Positions 47,340-61,000 of a DNA stretch of 64,000 nt are shown here, piece after piece. The DNA lies in contig JAUCBJ010004188.1 of NCBI GenBank assembly GCA_032718475.1, positions 1 through 64,000 of the forward strand, written 5' to 3'. The notes beneath the pieces were generated by a model. It searched no databases. It was not told the origin of the DNA and worked only from the letters and a program-made list of their open reading frames with translations. Source of the stretch: Nemertoderma westbladi (taxonomy: Eukaryota > Animalia > Xenacoelomorpha). The position numbers were made by a program, and so were the translations under genes. How positions within the stretch are numbered: the first letter of the stretch is position 1; each line of letters opens with the position of its first letter.

Positions 47340-47791
47340 ACCTACACATCAAACTTTTACAGACTGACTTGTTACTAACTATTACAGTTACTATTTGATT
47401 CTTATTTAGATTAATTACCATAAAAAATAACTAAGTGACTGATATTTTATGACACTATTTTCGACTTTAATTGTAATGATCGTAATATGATCGTTAATTT
47501 TTGTTTAAAAAGTATATATAATCATTTATTTAGTTGAACGTTATTATATAACGCGCTCTATGATTTTATTACACTATCGCTCTATATATTATAAATTGTT
47601 TAATTTTTTACATTTGTGCAATAATTTACCTGTACACTATCCTATTTTGTTTACAAGTGACGGGGTTTTTCATATATTCGTTAATAAATAGATACGCGAT
47701 AATAATAGATATTGTATAGTAATGGAACGTTATGGCATATAATATGGTAATCTATATTAATCTTAAAGTCATGATTTGGCATCTTCCTTAA

Positions 47792-47830
<39 letters not shown>

Positions 47831-49214
47831 GGCCTATAATTTCACCTTAAAGCAGTTTTGCAGAAACAAAAAACTAGTCGAACCAGTAGAAATTAGAACA
47901 ACTGACCAACCCGTGGTAGAACCAGTAGAGACTAGAAGAACTAATCAACCGTGGTAGAACCAGTAAACATATGTTGCGTTGTCGAAATGGACGGCAATGT
48001 ATCCTAGGGGTGTGTACGATGCATCCTAGTGGTGTAGGTGGACAATGTATCCTAGTGGTGTGGACGATGTATCCTAGTGGTGTGGACGATGTATCCTAGT
48101 GGTGTGGAAGGACGATGTATCCTAGTAGGGTGGACGATGTATCCTAGTGGTGTGGCGATGCATCCTAGTGGTGTGGACGATGTATCCTAGTGGTGTGGAC
48201 GATGTATCCTAGTGGGGTAGACGATATATCCTAGTGGTGCGGCGTGTACAATGTATCCTAGTGGTGTGGACGATGTATCCTAGTGGTGTGGACGATGTAT
48301 ACTAGTGGTGTGGACGATGTATCCTAGTGGTGTGGACTATGTATCCTAGTGGTGTGGACTATGTATCCTAGTGGTGTGGGAGGACGATGTATCCTAGTTG
48401 TGTGGACGATGTATCCTAGTGGTGTGGACGATGTATCCTAGTGGTGCGGCGTGTACGATGTATCCTAGTGGTGTGGACGATGTATCCTAGTGGTGTGGAC
48501 GATGCGTCCTAGTGGTGTGGACGATGTATCCTAGTGGTGTGGACGATGTATCCTAGTGGGGTAGACGATATATCCTAGTGGTGCGGCGTGTACGATGTAT
48601 CCTAGTGGTGTGGACGATGTATCCTAGTGGTGTGGACGATGCGTCCTAGTGGTGTGTACGATGTATCCTTGTGGTGTGTGTGGACGATGTATCCTAGTGG
48701 TGTGTACGATGTATCCTAGTGGTATGTACGATGTATCCTAGTGGTGTTGGTGGACGATGTATCCTAGTGGGTGGACATTATATCCTACGGGTGTGTACGA
48801 TGTATCCCTGTGGTGTGTGTGGACGATGTATCCTTGTGGTGTGTGTGGACGATGTATCCTAGTGGTGTGGACGATGTATCCTAGTGGTGCGGACGATGTA
48901 TCCTAGTGGTGTGGACGATGCATCCTAGTGGTGTGTACGATGTATCCTTGTGGTGTGGACCATGTATCCTAGTGGTGTGTACGATGTATCCTATTGGTGT
49001 GTACGATGTATCCATGTGGTGTGTGTGGACGATGTATCCTGGGGGTGTGTACGATGTATCCTAGTGGTGTGTGTGTACGATGTATCCTAGGGATGTGTAC
49101 GATGCATCCTGGGGGTGTGTACGATGTATCCTAGTGGTGTGTGTGTAGACAATGTATCCTAGTGGTGTGGACGATGTATCCTAGTGGTGTGTGTGGACGA
49201 TGTATCCTAGTGGC

Positions 49215-50035
49215 TTAGGACTTATGACTTAGGAGTACTCTCAGAATCATTAGAGGGAGCCCAACGGCTCCTCAGCTCATTAGAACATGCTGCTTCTAGT
49301 GTTGGTCTTTTTATTAACTCCAGAAAGACCAAAATTGTGACAGTTAACTTTGAAAGTCCTCAGCAAGTCTCTGATCGGATGAGCATAAGCTCAAAGGATG
49401 GTATGCTTGAGCATGTGGACGACTTCTGTTACCTGGGATCATGGATCCGGAAGTCAGATGAGGACCTTCGAATACGTAAAGGAAAGGCATGGGCAGCATT
49501 GAATATGCTTTCCAGGATTTGGAAGTCACCGAGAATTAATCGGAAGCTTAAGGTCCGATTATTTAGAGCAGCAGTAGTTCCAGTACTCCTCTACGGGAGT
49601 CCATGCTGGGCTCTCACTGCTGAGGACACCAAATCTCTGGATGGCACATTCACAAGAATGCTACGCCGGGTTCATTGTGTCAAGTACAATGCACACATCT
49701 TCAACCAGACACTATATAACATTGGAGGTGTCTCATTGGTTCCCCCAAGCTTGACACTAGAACAAAATCGCCTCCGCTTTGCAGGACATTGCTTTCGCCG
49801 TGAGGACCAGCCAGTGCATAATCTTGTACTTTGGCAGCCTCATGGAGTGAATAAGCATGGTGGACAGCCCATGACTTTCTTGAGACGCATCTTAAAGGAA
49901 ACTGGCCTTGAAGATGCGGATGATCTAGCAAATGTCATGGGTGATAGGGAGTTGTGGCGGTGCAATTTTGTTGACAAGCCGGTACAGCATTCTTAAAATT
50001 GCAGCTGCAATGCAGCATGCCGATCCTAGTAGTAG
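49215..50035 (+). mobile_element. 5'-truncated RTE-clade LINE (family 3) inserted in satellite 1
   Basis: ORF 49337..49996 has DDFCYLGSW, RKGKAWAA, VLLYGS and RLRFAGHC; tail gatcctagtagtag; flanked on both sides by tatcctagtgg. Confidence 0.88.
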
Positions 50036-53000
50036 TATCCTAGTGGTGTGTGTGGACGATGTATCCTTGTGGTGTGGACGATGTATCCTAGTGGTGTGTA
50101 CGATGTATCCTAGTGGTGTGTGTGTACGATGTATCCTAGAGGTGTGTACGATGCATCCTAGTGGTGTGTACGATGTATCCTAGTGGTGTGTGTGGACGAT
50201 GTATCCTTGTGGTGTGTGTGGACAATGTATCCTAGTGGTGTGTGTGGACGATGTATCCTAGTGGTGTGAGTGAACGATGTATCCTAGGGGTGTGAGTGAA
50301 CGATGTATCCTAGGGGTGTGTACGATGCATCCGGGGGGTGTGTACGATGTATCCTAGTGGTGTGTGTGGACGATGTATCCTTGTGGTGTGTGTGGACAAT
50401 GTATCCTAGTGGTGTGTGTGGACGATGTATCCTAGTGGTGTGAGTGAACGATGTATCCTAGGGGTGTGAGTGAACGATGTATCCTAGGGGTGTGGGTGGA
50501 CGATGTATTCTTGTGGTGTGTGTGGACAATGTATCCTAGTGGTGTGTGTGGACGATGTATCCTAGTGGTGTGGGTGGACGATGTATCCTAGTGGTGTGGG
50601 TGGACGATGTATCCTAGTGGTGTGTGTGGACGATGTATCCTAGTGGTGTGGGTGGACGATGTATCCTAGTGGTGTGTGTGGACGATGTATCCTAGTGGTG
50701 TGGGTGGACGATGTATCCTAGTGGTGTGGGTGGACGATGTATCCTAGTGGTGTGTGTGAACAATGTATCCTAGTGGTGTGTACGATGTATCCTAGTGGTG
50801 TGTGTGTGCGATGTATCCTAGTGGTGTGTAAGATGTATCCTAGTTGTGTGTACGATGTATCCTAGTGGTGTGTACGATGGATCCTTGTGGTGTGTGTGTA
50901 CGATGTATCCTTGTGGTGTGTGTGGACGATGTATCCTAGTGGTGTGGACGATGTATCCTTGTGGTGTGTGTGGACAATGTAACCTAGTGGTGTGTACGAT
51001 GCATCCTAGTGGTGTGGACGATGTATCCTTGTGGTGTGGACCATGTATCCTAGTGGTGTGTACGATGTATCCCAGTGGTGTGTACGATGTATCCTTGTGG
51101 TGTGTGTGGACAATGTATCCTAGTGGTGTGGACGATGTATCCTTGTGGTGTGTACGATGTATCCTAGTGGTGTGGACGATGTATCCTTGTGGTGTGGGTG
51201 GAAGATGTATCCTAGTGGTGTGTACGATGCATCCTAGCGGTGTGGACGATGCATCCTAGTGGTGTGGACGATGTATCCTTGTGGTGTGTGTGGACAATGT
51301 ATCCTAGTGGTGTGTACGATGCATCCTAGTGGCGTGGACGATGTATCCTTGTGGTGTGGACCATGTATCCTAGTGGTGTGTACGATGTATCCCAGTGGTG
51401 TGTACGATGTATCCTTGTGGTGTGTGTGGACAATGTATCCTAGTGGTGTGGACGATGTATCCTTGTGGTGTGTACGATGTATCCTAGTGGTGTGGACGAT
51501 GTATCCTTGTGGTGTGGGTGGAAGATGTATCCTAGTGGTGTGTACGATGCATCCTAGTGGTGTGGACGATGCATCGTAGTGGTGCGGCGTGTACGATGTA
51601 TCCTTGTGGTGTGTGTGGACAATGTATCCTAGTGGTGTGTACGATGTATCCTAGTGGTGTGTACGATGTATCCTTGTGGTGTGTCCTAGTGGTGTGGACG
51701 ATGTATCATTGTGGTGTGGGTGGAAGATGTATCCTAGTGGTGTGTACGATGCATCCTAGTGGTGTGGACGATGCATCCTAGTGGTGTGGACGATGTATCC
51801 TTGTGGTGTGGACAATGTATCCTAGTGGTGTGTGTGGACAATGTATCGTAGTGGTGTGTACGATGTATCCTTGTGGTGTGTATGGACGATGTATCCTTGT
51901 GGTGTGTGTGGACGATGTATCCTTGTGGTGTGTATGGACGATGTATCCTTGTGGTGTGTGTGGACGATGTATCCTAGTGGTGTGGACGATGTATCCTTGT
52001 GGTGTGTGTGGACAATGTATCCTAGTGGTGTGTACGATGCATCCTAGTGGTGTGGACGATGCATCCTAGTGGTGTGGACAATGTATCCTAGTGGACGATG
52101 TATCCTTGTGGTGTGTGTGGACGATGTATCCTAGTGGTGTGGACGATGTATCCTTGTGGTGTGTGTGGACAATGTATCCTAGTGGTGTGTACGATGTATC
52201 CTAGTGGTGTGTACGATGTATCCTAGTGGTGTGGACGATGCATCCTAGTGGTGTGGACGATGTATCCTTGGTGTGGACCATGTATCCTAGTGGTGTGTAC
52301 GATGTATCCTTAGTGGTGTGTACGACGTATCCTTGTGGTGTCTACGATGTATCCTAGTGGTGTGTACGATGTATCCTAGTGGTGTGTGTGAACAATGTAT
52401 CCTAGTGGTGTGTACGATGTATCCTTGTGGTGTGTGTGGACAATGTATCCTAGTGGTGTGTACGATGCATCCTAGTGGTGTGGACCATGTATCCTAGTGG
52501 TGTGTACGATGTATCCTAGTGGTGTGTACGATGTATCCTTGTGGTGTGTGTGGACGATGTATCTTTGTGGTGTGTGTGGACAATGTATCCTAGTGGTGTG
52601 GACAATGTATCCTAGTGGTGTGTACGATGTATCCTTGTGGTGAGTGTGGACAATGTATCCTAGTGGTGTGGACAATGTATCCTAGTGGTGTGTACGATGT
52701 ATCCTTGTGGTGTGTGTGGACAATGTATCCTAGTGGTGTGTACGATGTATCCTTGTGGTGTGTGTGGACAATGTATCCTAGTGGTGTGTACGATGTATCC
52801 CTGTGGTGTGTGTGGACTTGTGTGGAAAATGTATCCTAGTGGTGTGGACGATGCATCCTAGTGGTGTGGACGATGTATCGTAGTTGTGTGTACGATGTAT
52901 CCTAGTGGTGTGGACCATGTATCCTAGTGGTGTGTACGATGCATCCTAGTGGTGTGTACGATGTATCCTTGTGGTGTGTATGGACGATGTATCCTTGTGG

Positions 53001-56000
53001 TGTGTGTGGACGATGTATCCTTGTGGTGTGTGTGTACGATGTATCCTTGTGGTGTGTGTGTACGATGTATCCTTGTGGTGTGTATGGACGATGTATCCTT
53101 GTGGTGTGTGTGTACGATGTATCCTAGTGGTGTGTGTGGACGATGTATCCTAGTGGTGTGTACGATGTATCCTTGTGGTGTGTGTGGACGATGTATCTTA
53201 GGGGTGTGTACGATGTATCCTAGTGGTGTGTGTGTACGATGTATCCGAGGGATGTGTACGATGCATCCTGGGGGTGTGTACGATGTATCCTAGTGGTGTG
53301 TGTGTACGATGTATCCTTGTGGTGTGTGTGGACGATGTATCTTAGGGGTGTGTACGATGTATCCTAGTGGTGTGTGTGTACGATGTATCCGAGGGATGTG
53401 TACGATGCATCCTGGGGGTGTGTACGATGTATCCTAGTGGTGTGTGTGTACGATGTATCCTTGTGGTGTGTGTGGACGATGTATCCTAGTGGTGTGGGTG
53501 GACGATGTATCCTAGTGGTGTGTGTGGACGATGTATCCTAGTGGTGTGTACGATGCATCCTAGTGGTGTGTGTGTATGATGTATCCTAGTGGTGTGTACG
53601 ATGCATCCTAGTGGTGTGTGTGTACGATGTATCCTTGTGGTGTGTGTGGACGATGTATCCTAGTGGTGTGGGTGGACGATGTATCCTAGTGGTGTGTGTG
53701 GACAATGTATCGTAGTGGTGTGTACGATGTATCCTTGTGGTGTGTATGGACGATGTATCCTTGTGGTGTGTGTGGACGATGTATCCTTGTGGTGTGTACG
53801 ATGTATCCTTGTGGTGTGTGTGGACGATGTATCCTAGTGGTGTGGACGATGTATCCTTGTGGTGTGTGTGGACAATGTATCCTAGTGGTGTGTACGATGC
53901 ATCCTAGTGGTGTGGACGATGCATCCTAGTGGTGTGGACAATGTATCCTAGTGGGTGATGTATCCTTGTGGTGTGTGTGGACGATGTATCCTAGTGGTGT
54001 GGACGATGTATCCTTGTGGTGTGTGTGGACAATGTATCCTAGTGGTGTGTACGATGTATCCTAGTGGTGTGTACGATGCATCCTAGTGGTGTGGACCATG
54101 CATCCTAGTGGTGTGGACGATGTATCCTTGGTGTGGACCATGTATCCTAGTGGTGTTTACGATGTATCCTTAGTGGTGTGTACGACGTATCCTTGTGGTG
54201 TCTACGATGTATCCTAGTGGTGTGTACGATGTATCCTAGTGGTGTGTGTGGACAATGTATCCTAGTGGTGTGTACGATGTATCCTTGTGGTGTGTGTGGA
54301 CAATGTATCCTAGTGGTGTGTACGATGCATCCTAGTGGTGTGGACCATGTATCCTAGTGGTGTGTACGATGTATCCTAGTGGTGTGTACGATGTATCCTT
54401 GTGGTGTGTGTGGACGATGTATCTTTGTGGTGTGTGTGGACAATGTATCCTAGTGGTGTGGACAATGTATCCTAGTGGTGTGTACGATGTATCCTTGTGG
54501 TGTGTGTGGACAATGTATCCTAGTGGTGTGGACAATGTATCCTAGTGGTGTGTACGATGTATCCTTGTGGTGTGTGTGGACAATGTATCCTAGTGGTGTG
54601 TACGATGTATCCTTGTGGTGTGTGTAGACAATGTATCCTAGTGGTGTGTACGATGTATCCCTGTGGTGTGTGTGGACGATGTATCCTTGTGGTGTGTGTG
54701 GAAAATGTATCCTAGTGGTGTGGACGATGCATCCTAGTGGTGTGGACAATGTATCGTAGTTGTGTGTACGATGTATCCTAGTGGTGTGGACCATGTATCC
54801 TAGTGGTGTGTACGATGCATCCTAGTGGTGTGTACGATGTATCCTTGTGGTGTGTATGGACGATGTATCCTTGTGGTGTGTGTGGACGATGTATCCTTGT
54901 GGTGTGTGTGTACGATGTATCCTTGTGGTGTGTGTGTACGAAGTATCCTTGTGGTGTGTGTGTACGATGTATCCTAGTGGTGTGTGTGGACGATGTATCC
55001 TAGTGGTGTGTACGATGTATCCTTGTGGTGTGTGTGGACGATGTATCTTAGGGGTGTGTACGATGTATCCTAGTGGTGTGTGTGTACGATGTATCCGAGG
55101 GATGTGTACGATGCATCCTGGGGGTGTGTACGATGTATCCTAGTGGTGTGTGTGTACGATGTATCCTTGTGGTGTGTGTGGACGATGTATCCTAGTGGTG
55201 TGGGTGGACGATGTATCCTAGTGGTGTGTGTGGACGATGTATCCTAGTGGTGTGTACGATGCATCCTAGTGGTGTGTGTGTACGATGTATCCTAGTGGTG
55301 TGTACGATGCATCCTAGTGGTGTGTGTGTACGATGTATCCTTGTGGTGTGTGTGGACGATGTATCCTAGTGGTGTGGGTGGACGATGTATCCTAGTGGTG
55401 TGTGTGTACGATGTATCCTTGTGGTGTGTGTGGACGATGTATCCTAGTGGTGTGGGTGGACGATGTATCCTAGTGGTGTGTGTGGACGATGTATCCTAGT
55501 GGTGTGTACGATGCATCCTAGTGGTGTGTGTGGACGATGTATCCTAGTGGTGTGTGTGGACAATGTATCCTAGTGGTGTGTGTGGACGATGTATCCTAGT
55601 GGTGTGTACGATGCATCCTAGTGGTGTGTGTGTGCGATGTATCCTAGGGATGTGTACGATGCATCCTGGGGGTGTGTACGATGTATCCTTGAGGTGTGTG
55701 TGGACAATGCATCCTAGTGGTGTGTACGATGTATCCTTGTGGTGTGTGTGGATGATGTATCCTAGTGGTTTGGACGATGTATCCTTGTGGTGTGTGTGGA
55801 CAATGTATCCTAGTGGTGTGTACGATGTATCCTAGTGGTGTGGACGATGCATCCTAGTGGTGTGTACGATGTATCCTTGAGGTGTGTGTGGACAATGTAT
55901 CCTAGTGGTGTGTACGATGTATCCTTGTGGTGTGTGGACGATGTATCCTAGTCGTGTGGACGATGTATCGTAGTGGTGTGCACGATGTATCCTTGTGGTG

Positions 56001-56330
56001 TGTGTGGACGATGTATCCTAGTGGTGTGGACGATGTATCCTTGTGGTGTGGACGTTGTATCCTAGTCGTGTGTACGATGTATCCTTGCGGTGTGTGTGGA
56101 CGATGTATCCTAGTGGTGTGGACGATGTATCCTTGTGGTGTGGACGTTGTATCCTAGTCGTGTGTACGATGTATTATAGTGGTGTGGGTGGACGAAGTAT
56201 CCTAGTGGTGTGGACGATGTATCCTTGAGGTGTGGACGATGCATCCTAGTGGTGTGGACGATGCAACCTAGTGGTGTGTACGATGTATCCTAGTGGTGTG
56301 TGTGGACGATGTATCCTAGTGATGTATCCT

Positions 56331-56957
56331 GGATGTAGGACAACTCGGTCCAGGACAATTCGGTCCCGGACAATTGATGATATTATAACAGTCCCTGAAT
56401 GAGATCCAGCTATTATCTAAGATAATAATTTAGGCGTGTTAATATATACGCAATATATAATCTATCAGTTATTATATCAGCAATATATCAGTTTTTACAC
56501 ATATTAAATGCATACTATTACTAGCTAGTAAATAATTCACAAGCTCCATAAAAACACCATAATAGCTACCATAACTAATAATGTTAACAAAAAAAGTAAA
56601 ATTTTTTTATTTTCAAAAAAAATACCTGTTAGTAAAAAAAAACACTAGCTACCATATAATGGTATCTTTTAAGGTTCTAGAACATTCACCATTTTATAGT
56701 ACAGTAGTACCAATTAAATTTGGTCCCGGACAATTCGGTCCCATTAATAAGCATATTTTGGGACCGAATTGTCCTAGTCAGTATCCGGTCAATTCGGTCC
56801 CGGACAATAATTCGTTCCCAAAATACAAAATTAATGGGACCGAATTGTCCGGGACCGAATTGTCCGGACCGAATTGTCCGGACCGAATTGTCCGGACCGA
56901 ATTGTCCGGACCGAATTGTCCGGACCGAATTGTCCGGGACCGAATTATCCTGCTTCC
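56331..56957. mobile_element. Mutator/foldback-type MITE with 9 bp TSD and subterminal 14-15 bp repeats
   Basis: TSD atgtatcct (56322-56330 and 56958-56966); termini ggatgtaggacaactcggtcc and ggaccgaattatcctgcttcc; arrays of ggaccgaattgtcc. Confidence 0.85.
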
Positions 56958-58020
56958 ATGTATCCTAGTCGTGTGGACGATGCATCTTAGTGGTGTGGAC
57001 AATATACCCTAGTGGTGTGGACGATATATCCTAGTGGTGTGGACGATATATCCTAGTGGTGTGGGTGGACGATGTATCCTAGTGTGGTGGAAGTGGACGA
57101 AATATGCTGCTTTTTTAATTTTTGATATTGCAAACTGGTGATTTCCCACCTACAAATAATTTTGTAGGGGTGTTCACCATAATAACAATTGAACTTACTG
57201 TTTACCTATTAATACTACTATTTATAACTATACGATAACCATACAGTGCAGTAATCTTTTAAACATGTGATTCACTATATAATTACTCCGCCACCTTAAA
57301 TATTATGCACTAGTTTTTGTTTTGATGTTGTGTATTATCTAGACAGTATCGTCTTCGCTGCCTTCGGGTTGTCCTTTTTTTGTTTCGGATTTCACGTCCA
57401 CCGATAACATAATTTTATGTTCTAGGACATAAAATTCTCCCTCGTATGATCCTTTATTAAAACTATAACAATGAGTTGATCTTGATCCCAAGTCACTTGA
57501 TTGACTTGTCCCGAGCTGCCAGATGCAATGTTGCGTGAACAGTCCTTGAACCACAAACAAGTGTAAACCAAAAACGATATGACCATCAGACAAAAAAATC
57601 AGCGCACCGGCGCGGCGGCGGCGTGTGGCGTGGTGGCTACTTCATATTTTTCCACTTGATTGAGGATCAAGGACGGCTATCGCAGCATTGCATCTGACAA
57701 AAGTTATTGTGAGTGTACGCCGAAGGTAAACGCAATGGACGAGAATACAGACATTAATTAGTTACTGTAGTTTGTTCAATTCCATCGGACAGAACAATTT
57801 TCTACATATAAATGATTCCAGCTAGATACTAAAAGGACGAGTTTAATCCAAGTATCAATATATATCCTTAAAGTCGAACGATATGTATTCATAATATTTC
57901 ATCAAAATATGAGAGATGATGTGGTCATACTAATTTACTTTAGTTTTTCTTTCACAAAATTAAAAGTAAACGTTCCAATTATATTTAACCCATTAATATC
58001 CAACATCAAATATTCAACAT

Positions 58021-61000
58021 TCTATACAACAGCCTTCGTTTCTATAGAGGGCGTCAACTTCGGTTCTATAGTGGGCGTCAACAACAGCCTTCGTTTCTAT
58101 AGAGGGCGTCAACTTCGGTTCTATAGTGGGCGTCAACAACAACCTTCGGTTCTATAGAGGGCGTCGACAACAACCTTCGTTTCTATAGAGGGCGTCGACT
58201 TCGGTTCTATAGAGGGCGTCAACTTCGGTTCTATAGGGGACGTTAACAACAACCTTCGGTTCTATAGAGGGCGTTGACTTCGGTTCTATAGAGGGCGTCG
58301 ACTTCGGTTCTATAGAGGGCTTCGACTTCGGTTCTATAGAAGGCGTCAACAACAACCTTCGGTTCTATAGAGGGCGTCGACTTCGGTTCTATAGAGGGCG
58401 TTGACTTCGGTTCTATAGAGGGCGTTGACTTCGGTTCTATAGAGGGCGTCGACAACAACCTTCGTTTCTATAGAGGGCGTCGACTTCGGTTCTATAGAGG
58501 GCGTCAACTTCGGTTCTATAGGGGACGTTAACAACAACCTTCGGTTCTATAGAGGGCGTTGACTTCGGTTCTATAGAGGGCGTCGACTTCGGTTCTATAG
58601 AGGGCTTCGACTTCGGTTCTATAGAGGGCGTCAACAACAACCTTCGGTTCTATAGAGGGCGTCGACTTCGGTTCTATAGAGGGCGTTGACTTCGGTTCTA
58701 TAGAGGGCGTTGACTTCGGTTCTATAGAGGGCGTTGACTTCGGTTCTATAGAGGGCGTCGACTTCGGTTCTATAGAGGGCGTCGACTTCGGTTCTATAGA
58801 GGGCGTCGACTTCGGTTCTATAGAGGGCGTAAACAACAACCTTCGGTTCTATAGAGGACGTCAACAACAACCTTCGGTTCTATAGAGGGCGTCGACTTCG
58901 GTTCTATAGAGGGCGTCGACTTCGGTTCTATAGAGGGCTTCGACTTCGGTTCTATAGAGGGCGTCAACAACAACCTTCGGTTCTATAGAGGGCGTTGACT
59001 TCGGTTCTATAGAGGGCGTCGACTTCGGTTCTATAGAGGGCGTCGACTTCGGTTCTATAGAGGGCGTAAACAACAACCTTCGGTTCTATAGAGGGCGTCA
59101 ACAACAACCTTCGGTTCTATAGAGGGCGTCGACTTCGGTTCTATAGAGGGCGTCGACTTCGGTTCTATAGAGGGCGTCGACTTCGGTTCTATAGAGGGCG
59201 TCGACTTCGGTTCTATAGAGGGCGTCGACTTCGGTTCTATAGAGGGCGTCGACTTCGGTTCTATAGAGGGCGTCGACTTCGGTTCTATAGGGGGCGTAAA
59301 CAACAACCTTCGGTTCTATAGAGGGCGTTGACTTCGGTTCTATAGAGGGCGTCGACTTCGGTTCTATAGAGGGCTTCGACTTCGGTTCTATAGAGGGCGT
59401 CAACAACAACCTTCGGTTCTATAGAGGGCGTTGACTTCGGTTCTAAAGAGGGCGTCGACTTCGGTTCTATAGAGGGCTTCGACTTCGGTTCTATAGAGGG
59501 CGTCAACAACAACCTTCGGTTCTATAGAGGGCGTTGACTTCGGTTCTATAGAGGGCGTCGACTTCGGTTCTATAGAGGGCTTCGACTTCGGTTCTATAGA
59601 GGGCGTCAACTTCGGTTCTATAGAGGGCGTCAACTTCGGTTCTATAGAGGGCGTCAACAACAACCTTCGGTTCTATAGAGGGTGTCGACTTCGGTTCTAT
59701 AGAGGGCGTCAACAACAACCTTCAGTTCTATAGAGGATGTCGACTTCGGTTCTATAGAGGGCGTCGACTTCGGTTCTATAGAGGGCGTCGACTTCGGTTC
59801 TATAGAGGGCTTCGACTTCGGTTCTATAGAGGGCGTCAACAACAACCTTCGGTTCTATAGAGGGCGTTGACTTCGGTTCTATAGAGGGCGTCGACTTCGG
59901 TTCTATAGAGGGCTTCGACTTCGGTTCTATAGAGGGCGTCAACAACAACCTTCGGTTCTATAGAGGGCGTTGACTTCGGTTCTATAGAGGGCGTCGACTT
60001 CGGTTCTATAGAGGGCGTTGACTTCGGTTCTATAGAGGGCGTCGACTTCGGTTCTATAGAGGGCTTCGACTTCGGTTCTATAGAGGGCGTCAACAACAAC
60101 CTTCGGTTCTATAGAGGGCGTTGACTTCGGTTCTATAGAGGGCGTCGACTTCGGTTCTATAGAGGGCGTTGACTTCGGTTCTATAGAGGGCGTCGACTTC
60201 GGTTCTATAGAGGGCGTCGACTTCGGTTCTATAGAGGGCGTAAACAACAACCTTCGGTTCTATAGAGGGCGTCAACAACAACCTTCGGTTCTATAGAGGG
60301 CGTCGACTTCGGTTCTATAGAGGGCGTCGACTTCGGTTCTATAGAGGGCGTCGACTTCGGTTCTATAGAGGGCGTCGACTTCGGTTCTATAGAGGGCGTC
60401 AACAACAACCTTCGGTTCTATAGAGGGCGTTGACTTCGGTTCTATAGCGGGCGTCGACTTCGGTTCTATAGAGGGCGTAAACAACAACCTTCGGTTCTAT
60501 AGAGGGCGTCAACAACAACCTTCGGCTCTATAGAGGGCGTCGAGTTCGGTTCTATAGAGGGCGTTGACTTCGGTTCTATAGAGGGCTTCGACTTCGGTTC
60601 TATAGAGGGCGTCAACAACAACCTTCGGTTCTATAGAGGGCGTTGACTTCGGTTCTATAGAGGGCGTCGACTTCGGTTCTATAGAGGGCGTAAACAACAA
60701 CCTTCGGTTCTATAGAGGGCGTCAACAACAACCTTCGGTTCTATAGAGGGCGTCGAGTTCGGTTCTATAGAGGGCGTTGACTTCGGTTCTATAGAGGGCT
60801 TCGACTTCGGTTCTATAGAGGGCGTCAACAACAACCTTCGGTTCTATAGAGGGCGTCGACTTCGGTTCTATAGAGGGCGTCGACTTCGGTTCTATAGAGG
60901 GCGTCGACTTCGGTTCTATAGAGGGCGTCGACTTCGGTTCTATAGAGGGCGTCGACTTCGGTTCTATAGAGGGCGTCGACTTCGGTTCTATAGAGGGTGT

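Larger units (their letters stand above)
40588..47828 (+). mobile_element. Near-intact two-ORF non-LTR retrotransposon (possibly RTEX/Proto2-like) with poly-A tail
   Basis: ORF1 40669-44161, ORF2 44118-47339, AT-rich 3' UTR, poly-A 47795-47828; both flanks end in an A-run plus ta (possible TSD). Clade assignment is tentative. Confidence 0.9.
47991..57085. repeat. Satellite array 1, unit gacgatgtatcctagtggtgtg (22 bp, variable GT extension to 26-28 bp)
   Basis: Hundreds of tandem units; higher-order duplications of about 413 bp (50846/51259) and about 1860 bp (51832/53696, 52472/54332). Confidence 0.97.

Noticed and set aside
50846-56228. Cys/Val-rich ORFs (MYPSGV.../CILVV...)
   Set aside because: These are translations of satellite 1; open frames arise from stop-free unit variants.
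56581-57012. ORFs with GPNCPDRIVRTELS repeats
   Set aside because: Translation of MITE subterminal repeats.
57343-57560. Possible fifth CAP exon (TVSSSLPSGCPFFV...) after the acceptor-like tattatctag
   Set aside because: The phase fits, but a stop follows after about 29 codons and there is no recognisable domain; it cannot be supported without RNA data.
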